DNA of 64,000 nt, from NCBI GenBank assembly GCA_964016885.1, contig OZ024740.1, forward strand, positions 5,456,001 through 5,520,000, written 5' to 3'. Shown here in pieces: positions 1 through 15,000 of this stretch (position 1 is the stretch's first letter; every line of letters begins with the position of its first letter). The notes beneath the pieces were generated by a model that was not told the DNA's origin, ran no database searches, and saw only the letters and a program-made list of their open reading frames with translations. Position numbers and translations under genes: made by a program. Source of the stretch: Eledone cirrhosa (Eukaryota).

Positions 1-3000
1 TGTCATGACAATAAGCACCCAGTCCCCACTGTAAAGGTTTCATGTAGGCATCATGACAATAAGCACCCAGTCCACACTGTAAAGTGGACATGTAGGTGTC
101 ATGACAATAAGCCCCCAGTCCTCACTATAAAGTGGTCATGTAGGCACCAAGACAATAAGCTCCCAGTCAACACTGTAAAGTGGTCATGTAGGTGTCATGT
201 CAATAAGCCCCCAGACCACACTGTAAAGTGGTCATGTAGGCATCAAGACAATAAGCCCCCAGTCAACACTGTAAAGCGGTCATGTAGGCATCAAGACCTT
301 AAGCACCCAGTCCCCACTGTAAAGGTTTAATGTAGGCATCATGACAATAAGCACCCAGTCCACACTGTAGTGTGGTCATGTAGGCATCAAGACAATAAGC
401 CCCCAGTCCACACTGTAAAGTGGTCATGTAGGCATCAAGACAATAAGCTCCCAGTCCACACTGTAAAGTGGTCATGTAGGTGTCAAGACAATAAATCGCC
501 TGTCCACACTGTAAAGTGGTCATGTAGGTGTCATGACAATAAACCCCCAATCCACGCTGTAAATTGGTCCTGTAGGTGTCATGACAATAAGCCCCCAGTC
601 CACACTGTAAAGTGGTCATGTACGTGTCAAGACAATAAGCTCCCAGTCCACACTGTAAAGTGGTCATGTAGGTGTCATGACAATAAGCACCCAGTCCCCA
701 CTGTAAAGGTTTCATGTAGGTATCAAGACAATAATCCCCCAGTCCACACCGTAAAGTGGTAATGTAGGCATCAAGACAATATTCGACCAGTCCACACTGT
801 AAATTGGTCATGTAGGTGTCAAGACAATAAGCCCCCAGTCCACACTGTAAAATGGTCATGTAGGTGTCATGACAATAAGCCCCCAGTCCACACTGTAAGG
901 TGGTCCTGTAGGTGTCATGACAATAAGCCCCCAGTCCACACTGTAAAGTGGTCATGTATGTGTCATAACAATAAGCCCCCAGTCCACATTGTAAGGTGGT
1001 CCTGTAGGCATTAAGACAATAAGCTCCCAGTCCACACTGTAAAGTGGTCATGTAGGCATCAAGACAATCAGCCCCCAGTCCACACTGTAAAGTGGTCATG
1101 TAGGCATCAAGACAATAAGGCCCCAGTCCACACTGTAAAGTGGTCATGTAGGTGTCATGACAATAAACCCCCAGTCCACACTGTAAGGTGGTCCTGAACG
1201 TGTTATGACAATAAGCCCCCAGTCCACACTGTAAAGTGGTGATGTAGGTATCAAGACAATAAGTACCCAGTCCACACTATAAATTGGACATGTAGGTGTC
1301 ATGACAATAAGCACCCAGTCCACACTGTAAAGTGGTCATGTAGGTGTCATGAAAATAAGCCCCCACTCCACACTGTAAAGTGTTCATGTAGGTGTCATGA
1401 CAATAAGCCCCCAGTTTCACACTGTACAGTGGTCATGTAGGCATCAAGAAAATAATCCCCCAGTCAACACTGTAATGTGGTCATGTAGGTATCAAGACAA
1501 AAAGCCCCCAGTCCACACTGTAAAGTGGTCATGTAGGTATCAAGACAATAAGCCCCCAGTCCACACTATAAAGTGGTCATGTAGGCACCAAGACAATAAG
1601 CTCCCAGTCAACACTGTAAAGTGGTCATGTAGGTGTCATGTCAATAAGCCCCCAGACCACACTGTAAAGTGGTCATGTAGGCATCAAGACAATAAGCCCC
1701 CAGTCAACACTGTAAAGCGGTCATGTAGGCATCAAGACAATAAGCCCCTAGTCCACACTGTAAAGTGGTCATGTAGGCATCAATACAATAATCCCCCAGT
1801 CCACACCGTAAAGTGGTCATGTAGGCACCAAGACAATAAGCTCCCAGTCCACACTGTAAAGTGGTCATGTAGGTGTCAAGACAATAAGCCCCCATTCCAC
1901 ACTGTAAGTGGTCCTATGGGCATCAAGACAATAAGCCCACAGTCCACACTGTAAAGTGGTCATATAGGCATCAAGACAATAAGCCCCCAGTCGACACTGT
2001 AAAGTGGTCATGTAGGCATCAAGACAATAATCCCCCAGTCCATACTGTAATGTGGTCATGTAGGCATCAAGACAATAAGCCCGCAGTCCACACTGTACAG
2101 TGGTCATGTATGTGTCATGACAATAAGCACCCAGTCCACACTGTAAAGAGGTCATGTAGGCATCAAGACAATAAGCCCCCAGTCCACATTGTAAAGTGGT
2201 CATGTACGTGTCAAGACAATAAGCCCCCATTCCACACTGTAAAGTGGTCGTGTAGGTGTCATGACAATAAGACCCCAGTCCACACTGTAAGGTGGTTCTG
2301 TAAGTGTCATGACAATAAACCCCCAGTCCACACTCTAAAGTGGTCATGTAGGCATCAAGACAATAAGCCCCCAGTCCACACTGTAAAGTGGTCATGTAGG
2401 TGTAATGACAATAAGCCCCCAGTCCACACTGTAAAGTGGTCATGTAGGTATCAAAACAATAAGCCCCCAGTCCACACTGTAAAGTGGTTATGTATGTGTC
2501 ATAACAATAAGCCCCCAGTCCACATTGCTAGGTGGTCCTGTAGGAATTAAGACAATAAGCCACCAGTCCACACTGTAAAGTGGTCATGTAGGTGTCAAGA
2601 CAATAAGCCCCCAGTGTCACACTGTAAAGTGCTCATGTAGGCATCAAGACAATAAGCCCCCAGTCCACACTGTAAAGTGGTCATGTAGGCATTACGACAA
2701 TAAGCCCCCTGTGCCACACTGTAAAGTGGTCATGTAGGCATCAAGACAATAAGCCCACAGTCCACACTGTAAAGTGGTCATGTAGGCATCAAGACAATAA
2801 GCCCCCAGTCCACACTGTAAAGTGGTCATGTAGGCATCAAGACAATATTCCCCCAGTCCACACTGTAAAGTGGTCACATAGGCATAAAGACAATAAGCCC
2901 CCAGTCCACACTGTAAAGTGGTCATGTAGGCATTACGACAATAAGCCCCCAGTGCCACACTGTAAAGTGGTCATGTAGGCATCAAGACAATAAGCCCACA

Positions 3001-6000
3001 GTCCACACTGTAAAGTGGTCATGTAGGCATCAAGACAATAAGCCCACAGTCCACACTGTAAAGTGGTCATGTAGGCATCAAGACAATAAGCCCCCAGTCC
3101 ACACTGTAAAGTGGTCATGTAGGCATCAAGACAATAATCCCCCAGTCCACACTGTAAAGTGGTCATCTAGGCATAAAGACAATAAGCCCCCAGTCCACAC
3201 TGTAATGGGGTCCTGTAAGTGTCATGAAAATAAGCCCCCAGTCCACACTCTAAAGTGGTCATGTAGGCATCAAGACAATAATCCCCCTGACCACACTGTA
3301 AAGTGGTCATGTAGGTGTCAAGACAATAAGCCCCCAGTCCACACTGTGAAGTGGTCATGTAGGTGTCATGATAATAAGTTCCCAGTCCACATTGTAAGGT
3401 TGTCATGTAGGTGTCATGACAATAAGCCCCCAGTCCACATTCTAAAGTGGTCATGTAGGCATCAAGACAATAAGCCCCCAGTCCACAGTGTAAAGTGGTC
3501 ATGTATGTGTCATAACAATAAGCCCCCAGTCCACACTGTAAGGTGGGCCTGTAGGCATTAAGACAATAAGCCCCCAGTCCACACTGTAAAGTGGTCATGT
3601 AGACATCAAGACAATAATCCCCAAGTCCACACTGTAAAGTGGTCATGTAGGCATCAAGACAATAAACCTCCAGTCCACACTGTAAAATGGTCATGTATGT
3701 GTCATAACAATAAACCCCCAGTCCACACTGTAAGGTGGTCCTGTAGGCATTACGACAATAATCCCCCAGTCCACACTGTAAAGTGTTCATGTAGGCATCA
3801 AGACAATAAGCCCACAGTCCACACTGTAAAGTGGTCATGTAGGCATCAAGACAATAAGCCCCCAGTCCACACTGTAAAGTGGTCATGTAGATGTCAAGAC
3901 AATAAGCCCCCAGTGTCACACTGTAAAGTGGTCATGTAGATGTAAAGACAATAAGCGCCCGGTGTCACACTGTAAAGTACTCATGTAGGTATCAAGACAA
4001 TAAACCCCCGGTCCACACTGTAAAGTGGTCATGTAGGTGTCATGACAATAAGCCCCCAGTCCACACTGTAAAGTGGTCATGTAGGTATCAAAACAATAAG
4101 CCCCCAGTCCACACTGTAAAGTGGTCATGTAGGCATCAAGACAATAAGCTCCCAGTCCACACTCTAAAGTGGTCATGTAGGTGTCATGACAATAAGCCCC
4201 CAGTCCACACTGTAAAGTGGTCATGTAGGAATTAAGACAATAAGCCACCAGTCCACCCTGTAAAGTGGTCATGTAGGTGTCAAGACAATAAACCCCCAGT
4301 GTCACACTGTAAAGTGGTCATGTAGGCATCAAGACAATAAGCCCCCAGTCCACACTGTAAAGTGGTCATGTAGGTGTCATGACAATAAGCCCCCAGTCCA
4401 CACTGTAAAGTGGTCCTATGGGCATCAAGACAATAAGCCCACAGTCCACACTGTAAAGTGGTCATATAGGCATCAAGAAAATAAGCCCCCAGTCGGCACT
4501 GTAAAGTGGTCATGTAGGCATCAAAACAATAAGCCCCCAATCCATACTGTAATGTGGTCATGTAGGCATCAAGACAATAAGCCCGCAGTCCACACTGTAA
4601 AGTGGTCATGTAGGTGTCATGACAATAAGCACCCAGTCCACACTGTAAAGAGGTCATGTAGGCATCAAGACAATAATCCCCCAGTACACACTGTAAAGTG
4701 GTCATGTACGTGTCAAGACAATAAGCCCCCAGTCCACACTGTAAAGTAGTCGTGTAGGTGTCATGACAATAATCCTCCAGTCCACACTCTAAAGTGGTCA
4801 TGTAGGCATGAAGACAATAAGGCCCCAGTCCACACTGTAAAGTTGTCATGTAGGTGTCATGACAATAAGCCCCCAGTCGACACTGTAAAGTGGTCATGTA
4901 GGTATCAAAACAATAAGCCCCCTGTCCACACTGTAAAGTGGTCATGTAGGTATCAAAACAATAAGCCCCCAGTCAACACTGTAAAGTGGTCATATATGTG
5001 TCATAACAATAAGCCCCCAGTCCACACTGTTAGGTGGTCCTGTAGGAATTAAGACAATAAGCCACCAGTCCACACTGTAAAGTGTTCATGTAGGTGTCAA
5101 GATAATAAACCCCCAGTGTCACACTGTAAAGTGCTCATGTAGGCATCAAGACAATAAGCCCCCAGTCCACACTGTAAAGTGGTCATGTAGGTATTACGAC
5201 AATAAGCCCCCAGTGCCACACTGTAAAGTGGTCATGTAGGCATCAAGACAATAAGCCCACAGTCCACACTGTAAAGTGGTCATGTAGGCATCAAGACAAT
5301 AAGCTCCCAGTCCACACTGTAAAGTGGTCATGTAGGCATCAAGACAATAATCCGCCAGTCCACACTGTAAAGTGGTCATGTAGGCATAAAGACAATAAGC
5401 CCCCAGCCCACACTGTAAAGTGGTCATGTAGGCATCAAGACAATAAGCCCACAGTCCACACTGTAAAGTGGTCATGTAGACATCAAGACAATAAGCCCCC
5501 AGTCCACACTGTAAAGTGGTCATTTAGGCATCAAGACAATAATCCCCCAGTCCACACTGTAAAGTGGTCATGTAGGCATAAAGGCAATAAGCCCCCAGTC
5601 CACACTGTAATGTGGTCCTGTAAGTGTCATGACAATAAGCCCTCAGTCCACATTCTAAAGTGGTCATGTAGGCATCAAGACAATAATCCCCCAGTCCACA
5701 CTGTAAAGTGGTCATGTAGGCATCAAGACAATAACCCCCCTGACCACACTGTAAAGTGGTCATGTAGGTGTCAAGAAAATAAGCCCCCAGTCCACACTGT
5801 AAAGTGGTCATGTACGTGTCAAGACAATAAGCCCCCAGTCCACACTGTGAAGTGGTCATGTAGGTGTCATGATAATAAGTCCCCAGTCCACATTGTAAGG
5901 TTGTCATGTAGGTGTCATGACAATAAGCCCCCAGTCCACAGTGTAAAGTGGTCATGTATGTGTCGTAACAATAAGCCCCCAGTCCACACTGTAAGGTGGT

Positions 6001-9000
6001 CATGTAGGCATTAAGACAATAAGCCCCTAGTCGACACTGTAAAGTGGTCATGTAGGCATCAAGACAAAAATCCCCCAGTCCACACTGTAAAGTGGTCATG
6101 TAGGCATCAAGACAATAACCCCCCTGACCACACTGTAAAGTGGTCATGTAGGTGTCAAGACAATAAGTCCCCAGTCCACACTGTAAAGTGGTCATGTACG
6201 TGTCAAGACAATAAGCCCCCAGTCCACACTGTGAAGTGGTCATGTAGGTGTCATGACAATAAGCCCCCAGTCCACAGTGTAAAGTGGTCATGTATGTGTC
6301 GTAACAATAAGCCCCCAGTCCACACTGTAAGGTGGTCCTGTAGGCATTAAGACAATAAGCCCCCAGTCCACACTGTAAAGTGGTCATGTAGGGATCAAGA
6401 CAATAATCTCCCATTCCACACTGTAAAATCGTCATGTAGGCATCAAGACAATAAGCCCCCAGTCCACACTGTAAAGTGGTCATGTAGGCATCAAGACAAT
6501 AATCCCCCAGTCCACACTGTAAAGTAGTCATGTAGGCATAAAGACAATAAGCCCCCAGACCACACTGTAAGGTGGTCCTGTAAGTGTCATGACAATAAGC
6601 CCCCAGTCCACACTCTAAAGTGGTCATGTAGGCATCAAGACAATAATCCCTCAGTCCACACTGTAAAGTGGTCATGTAGGTGTCATGTCAATAAGCCCCC
6701 ATCCCACACTGTAAAGTGGTCATGTAGGCATCAAGACAATAAGCCCCCAGTCCACACTGTAAAGTGGTCATGTAGACATCAAGACAAAAATCCCCCAGTC
6801 CACACTGTAAAGTGGTCATGTAGGCATCAAGACAATAAGCCCCCTGACCACGCTGTAAAGTGGTCATGTAGGTGTCAAGACAATAAGCCCCCAGTCCACA
6901 CTGTAAAGTGGTCATGTATGTGTCGTAACAATAAGCCCCCAGTCCACACTGTAAGGTGGTCCTGTAGGCATTAAGACAATAACCCCCAGTCCACACTGTA
7001 AAGTGGTCATGTAGGCATCAAGACAATAAGCCCCCAGTCCACACTGTAAAGTGGTCATGTAGGCATCAAGACAATAAGCCCCCAGTCCACAGTGTAAAGT
7101 GGTCATGTATGTGTCATAACAATAAGCCCCCAGTCCACACTGTAAGGTGGGCCTGTAGGCATCAAGAAAAAAATCCCCCAGTCCACACTGTAAAGTGGTC
7201 ATGTAGGCATCAAGACAATAAGCCCCCTGACCACACTGTAAAGTGGTCATGTAGGTGTCAAGACAATAAGCCCCCAGTCCACACTGTAAAGTGGTCATGT
7301 ATGTGTCATAACAATAAGCCCCCAGTCCACACTGTAAGGTGGTCCTGTAGGCATTAAGACAATAATCCCCCAGTCCACACTGTAAAGTGGTCATGTAGGC
7401 ATCAAGACAATAAGCCCCCAGTCCACACTTCAAAGTGGTCATGTAGGTGTCAAGACAATAAGCGCCCAGTGTCACACTGTAAAGTACTCATGTAGGCATC
7501 AAGACAATAAGCCCGCAGTCGACACTGTCAAGTGGTCATGTACCTGTCAAGACAAAAAGCCCCCAGTCTACACTGTAAAGTGGTCATGTTGGTGTCATGA
7601 CAATAAGCCCCCAGTCCACATTGTAAGGTGGTCCTGTAGGTGTCATGACAATAAGCCCCCAGTCCACACTGTAAAGTGGTCATGTAAGTATCAAGACAAT
7701 AAACCCCCAGTCCACACTGTAAAGTGGTCATGTAGGCATCAAGACAATAAGCCGCCAGTCCACACTGTAAAGTGGTCATGTAGGTGTCAAGACAATAAGC
7801 CCCCAGTCCACACTGTAAAGTGGTCATGTAGGTATCGAGACAATAAACCCCCAGTCCACACTGTAAAGTGGTCATGTAGGTGTCATGACAATAAGCCCCC
7901 AGTCCACACTGTAAAGTGGTCCTATGGGCATCAAGACAATAAACTCCCAGTCCACACTGTAAAGTGATCATGTAGGTGTCATGACAATAAGCCCCCAGTC
8001 CACACTGTAAAGTGGTCATGTAGGTATCAAATCAATAAGCCCCCAGTCCACACTGTAAAGTAGTCATGTAGGCATCAAGACAATAAGCCCCCAGTCCACA
8101 CTGTAAGGTGGTCATGTAGGCATCAAGCAATAAGCCCCAGTCCACACTGTAAAGTGGTGATGTAGGTGTCATGTCAATAAGCCCCCACTCTACACTGTAA
8201 AGTGATCATGTGGGCATCAAGACAATAAGCCCTTAGTCCACACTGTAAAGTGGTCATGTAGGCATCAAGACAATAAGCCCCCAGTCCACACTGTAAGGTG
8301 GTCATGTAGGCATCAAGCAATAAGCCCCAGTCCACACTGTAAAGTGGTGATGTAGGCATCAAGACAATAAGCCCCCAGTCCATACTGTAAAGTGGTCATG
8401 TAGGCATCAAGACAATAAGCCCCCAGTCCATACTGTAAAGTGGTCATGTAGGCATCAAGACAATAAGCCCCCAGTCCACGCTGTAAAGTGGTCATGTAGG
8501 TGTCATTACAATAAGCCCCCAGTCCACACTGTAAAGTGGTCATGTAGGCATCAAGACAATAAGGCCCCAGTCCACACTGTAAAGTGATCATGTAGTCATC
8601 AAGACAATAAGCTCCCAGTCAACACTGTAGAGTGGTCATGTAGGTGTCATTTCAATAAGCCCCCACACCACACTGTAAAGTGGTCATGTAGGCATCAAGA
8701 CAATAAGCCCCCAGTCGACTCTGTAAAGTGGTCATGTAGGCATCAAGACAATAATCCCCTAGTCCACACTGTAAAGTGGTCATGTAGACATCAAGACAAT
8801 AAGCCCCCAGTCCACACTGTAAAGTGGTCATGTAGGTGTCAAGACAATAAGCCCCCACTTCACACTGTAAAGTGGTCATGTAGGCATCAACACAATAAGC
8901 CCCCAGTCGACTCTGTAAAGTGGTCATGTAGGCATCAATACAATAATCCCCTAGTCCACACTGTAAAGTTGTCATGTAGGCATCAAGACAAAAACCCCCA

Positions 9001-12000
9001 GTCCAAACTGTAAAGTGGTCATGTAGGTGTCAAGACAATAAGCCCCCAGTCCACACGGTAAAGTGGTCATATAGGTGTCATGACAATAAGCCCCCAGTCC
9101 ACACTGTAGGGTGGTCCTGTAGGTGTCATGACAATAAGCCCCCAGTCCACACTGTAAAGTGGTCATGTAGGCATCAAGACAATAAGTAACCAGTCCACAC
9201 TGTAAAGTGGTCATGTAGGTATCAAGACAATAATTACGCAGTCCACACTGTAAAGTGGTCATGTAGGTGTCATGACAATAACCACCCAGTCCACACTGTA
9301 AAGTGGTCATGTAGGTGTCATTACAATTAGCCCCCAGTCCACACTGTAAAGTGGTCATGTAGGCATCAAGACAATAAGCCCCCAGTCCACACTGTAAAGT
9401 GGTCATGTAGGCATCAAGACAATAACCCCCCAGTCCACACTGTAAAGTGGTCATGTATGTGTCATGACAATAAGCTCCCAGTGTCACACTGTAAAGTGGT
9501 CATGTAGGCATCAAGAAAATAATCCCCCTGTCCACACTGTAAAGTGGTCATGTAGGCATCAAGACAATAAGCCCCCAGTCCACACTGTAAAGTGTTCATG
9601 TAGGTATCAAGACAATAAGCCCCCAGTCCACACTGTAAAGTGGTCTTGTAGGTGTCATGACAAAAATCCCCCAGTCCACACTGTAAAGTGGTCATGTAGG
9701 TGTCATGACAATAAGCCCCCAGTCCACACTGTAAAGTGGTGTTGTATGTGTCATGACAATAAGCCCCCAGTCTACACTGTAAAGTGGTCATGTAGGCATG
9801 AAGACAATAATCCCTTAGTCCACACTGTAAAGTGGTCATGTAGGCATCAAGACAATAAGCCCCCAGTCCACACTGTAAAGTAGTCATGTAGGTGTCATGT
9901 AAATAAGCACCCAGTCCACACTGTAAGGTGGTCATGTAGGCATCAAGCAATAAGCCCCAGTCCACACTGTAAAGTGGTGATGTAGGTGTCATGTCAATAA
10001 GCCCACACTCTACACTGTAAAGTGGTCATGTAGGCATCAAGACAATAAGCCCTTAGTCCACACTGTAAAGTGGTCATGTAGGCATCAAGACAATAAGCCC
10101 CCAGTCCACACTGTAAAGTGGTCATGTAGGAATCAAGACAATAAGCCCCCAGTCCACACTGTAAAGTGGTCATGTATGTGTCATAACAATAAGCCCCCAG
10201 CCCACACTGTTAGGTGGTCCTGTAGGAATTAAGACAATAAGCCACCATTCCACACTGTAAAGTGGTCATATAGGTGTCAAGACAATAAGCCCCCAGTGTC
10301 ACACTGTAAAGTGCTCATGTCGGCATCAAGACAATAAGCCCCCAGTCAACACTGTAAAGTGGTCACGTAGGCATTACGACAATAATCCCCCAGTGCCACA
10401 CTGTAAAGTGGTCATGTAGGCATCAAGAAAATAATCCCCCTGTCCACACTGTAAAGTGGTCATGTAGGCATCAAGACAATAAGCCCCCAGTCCACACTGT
10501 AAAGTGTTCATGTAGGTATCAAGACAATAAGCCCCCAGTCCACACAGTAAAGTGGTCTTGTAGGTGTCATGACAAAAATCCCCCAGTCCACACTGTAAAG
10601 TGGTCATGTAGGTGTCATGACAATAAGCCCCCAGTCCACGCTGTAAAGTGGTGTTGTATGTGTCATGACAATAAGCCCCCAGTCTACACTGTAAAGTGGT
10701 CATGTAGGCATGAAGACAATAATCCCTTAGTCCACACTGTAAAGTGTTCATGTAGGCATCAAGGCAATAAGCCCCCAGTCCACACTGTAAAGTAGTCATG
10801 TAGGTGTCATGAAAATAAGCACCCAGTCCACACTGTAAGGTGGTGATGTAGGCATCAAGCAATAAGCCCCAGTCCACACTGTAAAGTGGTGATGTAGGTA
10901 TCATGTCAATAAGCCCCCACTCTACACTGTAAAGTGGTCATGTAGGCATCAAGACAATAAGCCCTTAGTCCACACTGTAAAGTGGTCATGTAGGCATCAA
11001 GACAATAAGCCCTCAGTCCACACTGTAAGGTGGTCATGTAGGCATCAAGACAATAACCCCCCAGTCCACACTGTAATGTGGTCATGTAGATGTCATGACA
11101 AAAAGCACCCAGTCCACACTGTAAAGTGGTCATGTAGGTGTCATGACAATAAGCCCCCAGTCCACACTGTAAAGTGGTCATGTAGGTATCATGACAATAA
11201 GCCCCCAGTCTACACTCTAAAGTGGTCATGTAGGCATGAAGACAATAATCCCTTAGTCCACACTGTAAAGTGGTCATGTAGGCATCAAGACAATAAGCCC
11301 CCAGTCCACACTGTAAGGTGGTCATGTAGGCATCAAGCAATAAGCCCCAGTCCACACTGTAAAGTGGTGATGTAGGTGTCATGTCAATAAGCCCCCACTC
11401 TACACTGTAAAGTGGTCATGTAGGCATCAAGACAATAAGCCCCCAGTTGACACTGTAAAGTGGTCAAGTAGGCATCAAGACACTAATCCACTAGTATACA
11501 CTGTAAAGTGGGCATGTAGGTGTCATGACAATAAGCCCCCAGTCCAGACTGTAAAGTGGTCATGTAGGTGTGATGACAAAAAGCACCCTGTCCACACTGT
11601 AAAGTGGTCATGTAGGTGTCATGACAAAAAGCACCCACTCCACACTGTAAAGTGGTCATGTACGTGTCTCAACAAAAGGTACCCAGTCCACACTGTAAAG
11701 TTGTCATGTAGGTATCAAGACAATAAGCACCCAGTCTACACTGAAATGTGGTCATGTAGGTTTCGTGACAATAACACCCAGTCCACACTGTATAGTGGTC
11801 ATGTAGGTATCAAGACAATAATTACGCAGTGCACACTGTAAAGTGGTCATGTAGGTGTCATTACAATAAGCCCCCAGTCCACACTGTAAAGTCGTCATGT
11901 AGGCATCAAGACAATAAGCCCCCAGTCCATACTGTAAAGTGGTCATGTAGGCATCAAGAGAATAAGCCCCCAGTCCACGCTGTAAAGTGGTCATGTAGGT

Positions 12001-15000
12001 GTCATTACAATAAGCCTCCAGTCCACACTGTAAAGTGGTCATGTAGGCATCAAGACAATAAGCCCCCAGTCCACACTGTAAAGTGATCATGTAGTCATCA
12101 AGACGATAAGCCCTCAGTCAACACTGTAGAGTGGTCATGTAGGCGTCATTTCAATAAGCCCCCACTCCACACTGTAAAGTGGTCATGTAGGCATCAAGAC
12201 AATAAGCCCCCAGTCGACTCTGTAAAGTGGTCATGTAGGCATCAAGACAATAATCCCCTAGTCCACACTGTAAAGTGGTCATGTAGACATCAAGACAATA
12301 AGCTCCCAGACCACACTGTAAAGTGGTCATGTAGGTATCAAGACAATAAGCCCCCAGTCCACACTGTAAAGTGGTCATGTAGGCATCAAGACAATAAGCC
12401 CCCAGTCCACACTGTAAAGTGGTCATGTAGGTGTCATTTCAATAAACCCCCAGTCCACACTGTAAAGTGGTCATGTAGGCATCAACACAATAAGCCCCCA
12501 GTCGACTCTGTAAATTGGTCATGTAGGCATCAATACAATAATCCCCTAGTCCACACTGTAAAGTTGTCATGTAGGCATCAAGACAAAAACCCACAGTCCA
12601 AACTGTAAAGTGGTCATGTAGGTGTCAAGACAATAAGCACCCAGTCGACACTGTAAAGTGGTCATGTAGGTGTCATGACAATAAGCGCCCAGTCCACACT
12701 GTAAAGTGGTCATGTAGGCATCAAGACAATAATCCCCCAGTCCACACTGTAAAGTGGTCATGTAGGCATCAAGACAATAAGCCCCCAGTCCACACTGTAA
12801 AGTGGTCATGTATGTGTCATGACAATAAGCTCCCAGTGTCACACTGCAAAGTGGTGATGTAGGCATCAAGAAAATAATCCCCCTGTCCACACTGTAAAGT
12901 GGTCATGTAGGCATCAAGACAACAAGCCCCCAGTCCACACTGTAAAGTGTTCATGTAGGTATCAAGACAATAAGCCCCCAGTCCACACCGTAAAGTGGTC
13001 TTGTAGGTGTCGTGACAAAAATCCCCCAGTCCACACTGTAAAGTGGTCATGTAGGTGTCATGACAATAAGCCCCCAGTCCACACTGTAAAGTGGTGTTGT
13101 ATGTGTCATGAAAATAAGCCCCCAGTCTACACTGTAAAGTGGTCATGTAGGCATGAAGACAATAATCCCTTAGTCCACACTGTAAAGTGGTCATGTAGGC
13201 ATCAAGACAATAATCCCCCAGTCCACACTGTAAAGTAGTCATGTAGGTGTCATGAAAATAAGCACCCAGTCCACACTGTAAGGTGGTCATGTAGGCAGCA
13301 AGCAATAAGCCCCTGTCCACACTGTAAAGTGGTCATGTAGGTGTCATGTCAATAAGCCCCCACTCTACACTGTAAAGTGGTCATGTAGGCATCAAGACAA
13401 TAAGTAACCAGTCCACACTGTAAAGTGGTCATGTAGGTATCAAGACAATAATTACGCAGTCCACACTGTAAAGTGGTCATGTAGGTGTCATTACAATAAG
13501 CCCCCAGTCCACACTGCAAAGTGGTCATGTAGGCATCAAGACAATAAGCCCCCAGTCCACACTGTAAAGTGGTCATGTATGTGTCATGACAATAAGCTCC
13601 CAGTGTCACATTGTAAAGTGGTCATGTAGGCATCAAGAAAATAATCCCCCTGTCCACACTGTAAAGTGGTTATGTAGGCATGAAGACAATAAGCCCCCAG
13701 TCCACACTGTAAAGTGTTCATGTAGGCATCAAGACAATAACCACCCAGTCCACACTGTAAAGTGGTCATGTAGATGTCATGACAAAAAGCACCCAGTCCA
13801 CACTGTAAAGTGGTCATGTAGGCATCAAGACACTAATCCACTAGTACACACTGTAAAGTGGGCATGTAGGTGTCATGACAATAAGCCCCCAGTCCAGACT
13901 GTAAAGTGGTCATGTAGGTGTCATGACAAAAAGCACCCAGTCCACACTGTAAAGTGGTCATGTAGGTGTCATGACAAAAAGCACCCACTCCACACTGTAA
14001 AGTGGTCATGTAGGTGTCTCAACAAAATGCACCCATACCACACTGTAAAGTGGTCATGCAGGTGTCACAACAAAAAGTACCCAGTCCACACTGTAAAGTT
14101 GTCATGTAGGTATCAAGACAATAAGCACCCAGTCTACACTGAAATGTGGTCATGTAGGTTTCGTGACAATAACACCCAGTCCACACTGTATAGTGGTCAT
14201 GTAGATATCAAGACAATAATTACGCAGTCCACAATGTAAAGTGGTCATGTAGGTGTAATTGCAATAAGCCCCCAGTCCACACTGTAAAGTCGTCATGTAG
14301 GCATCAAGACAATAAGCCCCCAGTCCATACTGTAAAGTGGTCATGTATGTGTCATGACAATAAGCTCCCAGTGTCACATTGTAAAGTGGTCATGTAGGCA
14401 TCAAGACAATAAGCCCCCTGTCCACACTGTAAAGTGGTTATGTAGGCATGAAGACAATAAGCCCCCAGTCCACACTGTAAAGTGTTCATGTAGGCATCAA
14501 GACAATAACCCCCCAGTCCACACTGTAAAGTGGTCATGTAGATGTCATGACAAAAAGCACCCAGTCCACACTGTAAAGTGGTCATGTAGGTGTCATGACA
14601 ATAAGCCCCCAGTCCACACTGTAAAGTGGTCATGTAGGTATCATGACAATAAGCCCCCAGTCTACACTCTAAAGTGGTCATGTAGGCATGAAGACAATAA
14701 TCCCTTAGTCCACACTGTAAAGTGGTCATGTAGGCATCAAGACAATAAGCCCCCAGTCCATACTGTAAGGTGGTCATGTAGGCATCAAGCAATAAGCCCC
14801 AGTCCACACTGTAAAGTGGTGATGTAGGTGTCATGTCAATAAGCCCCCACTCTACACTGTAAAATGGTCATGTAGGCATCAAGACAATAAGCCCCCAGTT
14901 GACACTGTAAAGTGGTCATGTAGGCATCAAGACACTAATCCACTAGTATACACTGTAAAGTGGGCATGTAGGTGTCATGACAATAAGCCCCCAGTCCAGA